From positions 1,500,001-1,532,000 of the forward strand of contig NC_014148.1 of NCBI RefSeq assembly GCF_000092105.1: a stretch of 32,000 bases of DNA, given 5' to 3'. Shown here piece after piece: positions 25,481 through 32,000 of this stretch; position 1 is the first letter of the stretch; each line of letters begins with the position of its first letter. The notes under the pieces were generated by a model that saw only the letters and a program-made list of their open reading frames with translations, was not told the DNA's origin and did no database searches. The position numbers were made by a program, and so were the translations under genes. Source of the stretch: Planctopirus limnophila DSM 3776. Lineage in GTDB: Bacteria > Planctomycetota > Planctomycetia > Planctomycetales > Planctomycetaceae.

Positions 25481-25893
25481 GAATTCATCTCCAGATTCCA
25501 GCTTGGATGCTGCCGAAAAGACATTCGCAGAGAATTGTTCAATGCATGAACAGTGAATCCTTCTCTCCGCTTTCTCTGACTTAATATGGCGCAGTCCATC
25601 TCTGCACGTTGCGTCAAAACTCTCCGCTGACGTGCCAGGTTGTAGATCCTTGAGCGCGGAAGTAGACTTCCTTCGGACAGAGGAAGTTCCGAGGTGGCAG
25701 ATTTTTGCCTCCTTACAAGGTGAACATTCGACAGACAGGATTGTCCGTGTCAGGATTGTCAGTGTCAAAACTGGCAATTGAATGATTGCTGAGGCTTGGA
25801 CGGAATCTGGCCTCAGGATATGAGCGGGATTGAATGGTTTCAATTCGCCTCACGACGTCCTGTTTGAAGCGTATCAATGAAGAGATCAAGTCG

Positions 25894-26442
25894 ATGATGA
25901 AACATGTTTTGTCGGCCATGGTGATGAATCAGCCGGGTGTTCTCGCCCATATTTCCGGGATGCTGGCTTCCCGTGCATTCAATATTGAAAGTCTGGCTGT
26001 CGGAGAGACGGAACGGCCTGATTTTTCCCGGATCACGTTTGTTGTGGCAGGCGACAATAAGGTCGTCGATCAGGTCCGTAAGCAGTTGGAAAAGATTGTC
26101 ACCGTGGTCAAGGTGATGGATTACCGGGATCAGGACATTCTTGAGCGGGATCTCATGCTGTTGAAGGTCTCGACGGTTGAAAGTGGACTGTCCAAGGTTA
26201 AGGAACTGGCGGAAATCTTCCGCGCCAAGATCGTCGATGTGGGCCAAAGCCATGTCATGATCGAACTTTCGGGGCCGGAACGCAAAATCGACGCTTTTAT
26301 CGATCTGATGCGACCATTTGGCATCCTCGAACTGGTGCGTACCGGACGGATTGCACTGGCTCGCGAAGTATCACTTTCTGTCGAAGATGCTCTGAAGCCT
26401 CCGACCCCTTTCGACACTTCTGAAGTCGAAATCGAAGTCTAA
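25894..26442 (+). CDS. ilvN: acetolactate synthase small (regulatory) subunit
   Basis: MMKHVLSAMVMNQPGVLAHISGMLASRAFNIESLAVGETE...ITFVV...VDQVRKQLEKIVTVVKV is an ACT domain, followed by the AHAS small-subunit C-terminal domain. Confidence 0.9.
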   Translation: MMKHVLSAMVMNQPGVLAHISGMLASRAFNIESLAVGETERPDFSRITFVVAGDNKVVDQVRKQLEKIVTVVKVMDYRDQDILERDLMLLKVSTVESGLSKVKELAEIFRAKIVDVGQSHVMIELSGPERKIDAFIDLMRPFGILELVRTGRIALAREVSLSVEDALKPPTPFDTSEVEIEV

Positions 26443-26476
26443 GTCGCTTTCCAAGCAATGTGGGCGCTCTGTGTGC

Positions 26477-26506
26477 CATGCTTGCAGCTCTGGGCAAGCA
26501 TGTTTT
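26477..26506 (+). terminator. hairpin plus short T-tract after ilvN (terminator/attenuator candidate)
   Basis: CATGCTTGC (26477-26485) and GCAAGCATG (26494-26502) form a 9-bp stem with an 8-nt loop, followed by TTTT. Confidence 0.45.
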
Positions 26507-26826
26507 CGCAACCACCGGCGCGCTCTTATCTTCTGGGAATCGTCTAAGCCGAATCGATGCGGGTTCGCACTTTCTGATGGAATGACTCCTCTGACAGGAA
26601 TTCGACCGCGCGGGAATTGACGGCCATCTGCGAACTTATCGCACCTTTTCTTGCAATTGGTGCCCACTCGGCTGAAAATCTGCGGAAATTGATTAAACTC
26701 ACTTGCTCATAGTTGATGCCTAAGAAGGTTCGACCACTTTTGAGGGGCATCCTGGTTTGTTCTGTCTGTTAATCAACAGAGCGAGACTCGTTGCTTTTTG
26801 ACACTCTACGAAAGAATCACAGCACC

Positions 26827-27831
<1,005 letters not shown>

Positions 27832-27884
27832 GCCGTAAACATCGAGAGCGTCGATTCTCAGGAATCTCTCGCAATCTCATTCAC

Positions 27885-27924
27885 CGACCCCGGTTGTACT
27901 CGCTGCAATCGGGGTCGATTTTTT
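27885..27924 (+). terminator. rho-independent terminator after ilvC
   Basis: CGACCCCG (27885-27892) and CGGGGTCG (27910-27917) form an 8-bp GC-rich stem, followed by ATTTTTT. Confidence 0.7.
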
Positions 27925-27951
27925 ATCAGATGAGATGCCAGGCGGGTTGTC

Positions 27952-28443
27952 CTACTCCGCAAAACGCTCCATCGCAAGATCGAAGTGATGTCTGGCTGAG
28001 CGACCGCTGATGGTCGTACGGCTGACCAGTTCCCGGGCAATCTCCTCAACGGCCAGCCATGGGCCTGCCTGGGAAAGAATATGCTCGACCTTATTGAGCA
28101 ACCGCTGTTCCAGACGTTCCATCTGCTTGATGTTGGTAGCCCGCATACTCGAAAAATGTCTGACTTGTCTTAAATCACTCACGGCGCCTTCCCAGCGATA
28201 ATCGCCTCGATACCTGGCTTCAGCCGCGACACCCGCCAGGAGAATCAGTATTTCTCCTTCCAGCACATCTTTGCTGGGCTTGAAGTTTCCTTTGTTCAAT
28301 CGGCATTGACCCAGGCGCAAGCTGTTGGGCTCGATGGTCACTTCGTGAACGGGTCTACCCAAAAAAAGTGCGACCACCGCATGCCCCGCTTCGTGATAGG
28401 CAGTCGCAGTCAATTCGGTCTGTGGGAGCGGTGCGGAGTCCAT
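27952..28443 (-). CDS. stand-alone FtsH-type (peptidase M41-like) zinc metalloprotease domain protein
   Basis: TAYHEAGHAVVALFLGRPVHEVTI matches the FtsH HEAGH zinc site. LLAGVAAEARY...GAVSDL matches the region carrying the third ligand Asp. There is no AAA+ module and no TM segment. Confidence 0.75.
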   Translation of the reverse strand: MDSAPLPQTELTATAYHEAGHAVVALFLGRPVHEVTIEPNSLRLGQCRLNKGNFKPSKDVLEGEILILLAGVAAEARYRGDYRWEGAVSDLRQVRHFSSMRATNIKQMERLEQRLLNKVEHILSQAGPWLAVEEIARELVSRTTISGRSARHHFDLAMERFAE

Positions 28444-28475
28444 AAGGGGTTCAATAACCCGAGAAATGAATACGA

Positions 28476-29960
28476 TTAAAGATCGGCAACTGGTCCTGAA
28501 GAATCATCGGATTGTGAAACCATAGGCCTGGCAATCGCATAACCGTCGCTGAGAAAGTGTGGTTTTGCCAACGGATTCTGGATGGGTTGAGTGAACCGGC
28601 CCGGGATTTCCTGGACCTTGTGTTGTTCCATACTTGATTCTCCCGTCATGCGGAGGCTATCCGGCAGTGCTTCGGGATGGTCGGTTGTTCTTTGAATCTG
28701 TGCACCCAGTTGTCGCAGCTTTTCATCATGCTTTTCGTAGCCACGATCCAGATGATACACACGACGAATGACGGATTCGCCCTCTGCAGCGAGAGCAGCA
28801 ATCACGAGGGCAGCACTGGCTCTTAAGTCGGAAGCCATCACATTCGTACCACTCAAATGCGCGGGCCCGGCAATTATGGCACTCGCCCCTTCCCGGCGAA
28901 TTTGTGCCCCCATCCGTAACAATTCAGGCACATGCATAAACCGGTCGGGGAAGACCTTGTCAGTGATCACGCTGATCCCCGGGACCAGGCAAAGCAGAGC
29001 GGTGAGTTGTGCCTGAAGATCGGTGGGCACTCCCGGATAAGGTAATGCGGTGCAATCAGCCGGATTCAAGTGGGCGGCACCTGAAATATGCAGACCCATC
29101 CGGCCATCATTCGTTGATGAGGGTTCAATTGAGACTCCAATCTGACGCAGGATATCGATCACTGCCGAAAGGTGACGCGGCTGGGCATCTTCAATGAACA
29201 CATCGCCGCAAGTGGCTGCGGCAGCAATCATCATTGTGCCGGCTTCAATGCGATCGGGAATGACTTCATGCTCCACGCCATGCAACTCGTCAACACCTTC
29301 AATCTCGATGACGGGTGTGCCGTGCCCGGTGATGCGGGCCCCGGCAGCATTCAGATAGTTTCCCAAATCGACGATTTCTGGCTCACAGGCTGCCGCAGAA
29401 ATTCGGGTCATCCCTCGTGCCAGGCTGGCGGCTGTCATGATATTCGCCGTCCCCGTGACCGTGCTGCCAAATGGGCCACCCAGATAAATCTCTGCGCCAT
29501 GCAACCGTGTTGCTTCGGCGTGAACGTAGCCTCTTTCAATACGAATCCGAGCTCCCAGTGCCACCAATCCCTTGAGATGCAGGTCAATGGGCCTGTGACC
29601 AATATTGCACCCGCCGGGAAGTGAAACAACGGCTTTTCCCCAGCGTGCCAGAAGGGGGCCCAGGACGCAGACGCTGGCTCGCATGCGCCTGACCAGATCG
29701 TAATCGGCAATCCCGGTGGTTGCGTGGGGAGGGGAAATGGCAAGTTCGCCAGTCGAGAGATCTCGGGTGACGACCGCTCCTAATGATTCGAGCACTTGTG
29801 TTAGCGTCGAGACATCCGCCAGGTGAGGCACACGCCGCAATTGTGATAAGCCACTGACTGCAATCGATGCAGCCATAATCGGGAGAGAGGCGTTCTTGGC
29901 GCCAGCGAGGCGGACATTGCCGGCCAGTGGGATGCCTCCCCGAATAATCAGCATGTCCAT
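28476..29960 (-). CDS. murA: UDP-N-acetylglucosamine 1-carboxyvinyltransferase with a ~68-aa C-terminal extension
   Basis: [32 protein letters not shown]..., [16 protein letters not shown] (catalytic Cys present) and [21 protein letters not shown] match MurA. GAGGAG lies upstream of the ATG at 29960. Confidence 0.92.
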   Translation of the reverse strand: MDMLIIRGGIPLAGNVRLAGAKNASLPIMAASIAVSGLSQLRRVPHLADVSTLTQVLESLGAVVTRDLSTGELAISPPHATTGIADYDLVRRMRASVCVLGPLLARWGKAVVSLPGGCNIGHRPIDLHLKGLVALGARIRIERGYVHAEATRLHGAEIYLGGPFGSTVTGTANIMTAASLARGMTRISAAACEPEIVDLGNYLNAAGARITGHGTPVIEIEGVDELHGVEHEVIPDRIEAGTMMIAAAATCGDVFIEDAQPRHLSAVIDILRQIGVSIEPSSTNDGRMGLHISGAAHLNPADCTALPYPGVPTDLQAQLTALLCLVPGISVITDKVFPDRFMHVPELLRMGAQIRREGASAIIAGPAHLSGTNVMASDLRASAALVIAALAAEGESVIRRVYHLDRGYEKHDEKLRQLGAQIQRTTDHPEALPDSLRMTGESSMEQHKVQEIPGRFTQPIQNPLAKPHFLSDGYAIARPMVSQSDDSSGPVADL

Positions 29961-30114
29961 CCTTGGACTCCTCTGGATTTCAATCTGGTAAGTCAATGAC
30001 TTACCTTGCCCCACATGATCTTAATGTGAGTTCAACATGACAAACAATTGTTGACAATGTCAGTTTTCTTAAGACTGTTACCTTTGATCGAGACTTGAGT
30101 TCTGAGCTTCGAGA

Positions 30115-30936
30115 TTAATTGAAGCAAACCGAATCGCTGGTCGGCGTTGGATTTGGATTTGCTGGAAGTATTCCTTCGATAATCTGCGGGATCAAGCTGG
30201 CAAACCAGGTGACGTTTAACCCGAGTCGATCATCGTACATCGGGTCTCGATTGGAAACATCTAATGTGGCGGCATGAATCCCCAACAGGCACCAGCGCTC
30301 CTCAAATTGACCAGCGACCGGGGTGGGTCTGAGCAGTTTCGTCACCACAGGAGATCCACTGGTGCCGCGATGCGTCCGCGCATCGGTGACGAAGTAAGGG
30401 TTCCCCTTAAAGGGCCTCGAAAAGTCGCTCGCAACCACGGCCTGCCGGACAAGTGGCAAGTTGTTTAATGTATCGTGGAATCCGAGAGGAAATCCGGTGA
30501 TGAGCACTTGCTGGCCAGGTGGTAACGTTTCCTCAGGGCCCAGAATATCCGATGCTCCAAAACTGGAAATCACATAATTCTGTTTGAGCAGTTTACCAGG
30601 TAAAGGGACAGCCACGACATCGATATCGTTCTCACGACGGGGATAAGTCCTCCACAGTGGCATGCCCTGCTTGTAGAGCTGGATTTCCAGAGGCCCGCTT
30701 TTCGTGAGATCGTCCTGAACAGTGTGCAACTGAAGTTTAAGAGTATCGGGCCGATGCCCGGCCAGTTGATCGAAGCAAACATGTCGATTCGTGATGAGGT
30801 AAAGCTCGGATTGCCATTCGAAAAAGAAACCGCTGGCATTTGTCAATAATTGGCCTTGGCCATAGGTTTCGACTTTGGCAACCCGCAAGAACAGTTCAGG
30901 AACCAGCATCCAGTCTCCTTGGTAACTCATAGCCAT
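30115..30936 (-). CDS. trypsin-like (S1/chymotrypsin-fold) serine peptidase, no signal peptide seen
   Basis: The His, Asp and Ser triad contexts are LYLITNRHV, NDIDVVAV and HRGTSGSPVV. The N-terminus MAMSYQGDWMLVPELF is not hydrophobic. Confidence 0.8.
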   Translation of the reverse strand: MAMSYQGDWMLVPELFLRVAKVETYGQGQLLTNASGFFFEWQSELYLITNRHVCFDQLAGHRPDTLKLQLHTVQDDLTKSGPLEIQLYKQGMPLWRTYPRRENDIDVVAVPLPGKLLKQNYVISSFGASDILGPEETLPPGQQVLITGFPLGFHDTLNNLPLVRQAVVASDFSRPFKGNPYFVTDARTHRGTSGSPVVTKLLRPTPVAGQFEERWCLLGIHAATLDVSNRDPMYDDRLGLNVTWFASLIPQIIEGILPANPNPTPTSDSVCFN

Positions 30937-31272
30937 GAGTTCGAGTGATTTTGGCCATGGTTGACTTACGAGCAGACACTCAAAGTGTGCCCATTATGCA
31001 GGTTTGATTTAGTCGGCCAGAATAGCAACTGCTATCATGCCAGATTCCGAGTGTTTTCGCACCTCAGAAGTCATCAGATGGTGCCGCCACAGAAAAGCCT
31101 GGTGACGAATCGTCGCTCAAACAGGATGGTTACTCCGCGTGTCATCCCCAGGTGTTATCAGGCTGATCGACCCCACAGGAAAATCTGCTCGGAAAACCAT
31201 CGACTTTCTCGGGGAAATCGAACAACTTCCGCAACTCTGCTTGAGTTGCATCCTTGTGGATGCCGGATCAGC

Positions 31273-31755
31273 TCAGTCTTGGTTGAAACCCCAGTCGCCG
31301 CGCACCTTCATGACAATTTTGCGAACGGGACTGGGTTCATTGACCGCCAGTCCCGGAGCATGAATATCCTGCGGAAAGAAGACAAGAAACATCCCGGCTG
31401 ATGCGACAAATCGTTGTGTTCCCGGGCCGTAAAAGACGACATCTCGCTCATCCGAATAGGGTGTGCGAATGGCAAGATTGTCGGAAGTCCGTGCGAGCCC
31501 AAACGCTTCTTCTCCACGGACGATGTACTGGACATCGACATATTTTCGATGAGATTCCCAGACAGCATCCGTCGGCTGTTTCGTCTGATACTCCTCAACA
31601 ATGGCAATCAGAGCATCCGAATCGAGCCGATGTTTTCCCGTTGGTAACTCATGGGCCGCTGGCGAGGCGAGGAATTGCAAGGCTCTGGTAATGGCCGGGT
31701 GGCAATGAGAGTAAAAGTGCTGATTCGCGAGTTCGTCGATGATCACTGTTTGCAC
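31273..31755 (-). CDS. YhcH/YjgK/YiaL family (DUF386) protein
   Basis: GKHRLDSDALIAIVEEY...ESHRKYVDVQYIVRGEE...GMFLVFFPQDIHAPG parallels E. coli YhcH. Confidence 0.85.
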   Translation of the reverse strand: MQTVIIDELANQHFYSHCHPAITRALQFLASPAAHELPTGKHRLDSDALIAIVEEYQTKQPTDAVWESHRKYVDVQYIVRGEEAFGLARTSDNLAIRTPYSDERDVVFYGPGTQRFVASAGMFLVFFPQDIHAPGLAVNEPSPVRKIVMKVRGDWGFNQD

Positions 31756-31854
31756 TGGTCCCTATTTTACACTGATCCCTGAATGGGGGCCGTTAAGGCG
31801 GAAGAGATAATCCCTGTGAGAATTCGTCATTTCACGAAAGATCAAAGCCCTGCC

Positions 31855-32000
31855 TTAATCTTTCTGCTGGATACGGCTGCGCAGGGATTCTACAAACTCT
31901 TGAACTGTGCTTCGCAGAGCCGACTGCAGGCGATAGGTTTCACTGTTCCGAGTCATGCCACGATTTCTGGCGACGTCGATCAGCAGAGCACTCAAAAGCA
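31855..32000 (-). CDS. 3' end of an unidentified ORF running off the window
   Basis: The - strand frame is open from the window edge to TAA (complement of 31855-31857). It reads ...LLSALLIDVARNRGMTRNSETYRLQSALRSTVQEFVESLRSRIQQKD. Too short to classify. Confidence 0.3.
   Translation of the reverse strand, partial: LLSALLIDVARNRGMTRNSETYRLQSALRSTVQEFVESLRSRIQQKD

Noticed and set aside
25262-25843. 193-aa - strand ORF spanning the ilvN leader
   Set aside because: It overlaps the 3' end of the 25118-25480 ORF and the ilvN upstream region. The sequence is junk-like. The region is better explained as a structured non-coding leader.
30961-31401. 146-aa + ORF in the gap between the trypsin-like peptidase and the YhcH gene
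   Set aside because: Its 3' part overlaps the YhcH-family gene on the opposite strand. The sequence is Arg/Ser/His-rich with no motif. The 336-bp gap may still hide a small gene or RNA.

Overview
The window looks like a chromosomal segment from a Planctomycetota-type genome. This is an inference from a DUF1559-like domain, a YTV-type Cys-rich repeat protein, several zinc-ribbon/TM proteins and long intergenic spacers. Most of it is housekeeping or stress genes. On the + strand: a BFD-like ferredoxin, a Usp protein, a DUF255 thioredoxin-domain protein, xerD, surE, a CDF transporter and ilvN-ilvC. On the - strand: two tandem Hsp20 genes, L-fuconate dehydratase, murA and a YhcH-family protein. 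There is also a four-gene - strand sulfur/persulfide operon (rhodanese-DUF2892, persulfide dioxygenase-rhodanese fusion, TauE/SafE, methyltransferase-DsrE fusion). I found no rRNA, tRNA, CRISPR array, transposase or phage genes. The feature least explained by ordinary annotation is at 3420-4382. Two diverged direct copies of a ~170-180 nt multi-hairpin element, whose substitutions preserve + strand pairing, bracket a ~600 bp low-GC insert with one orphan ORF. This is a candidate undescribed structured RNA or cassette-type element. Secondary items are a PTS-EIIA/diadenylate-cyclase fusion with an RHQ variant motif, a signal-peptide-bearing SAM-methyltransferase/DsrE fusion, a stand-alone FtsH-type (M41) protease domain behind murA, and a very long bulged hairpin at 9467-9538. 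All functional calls come from reading motifs by eye; no database search was run.
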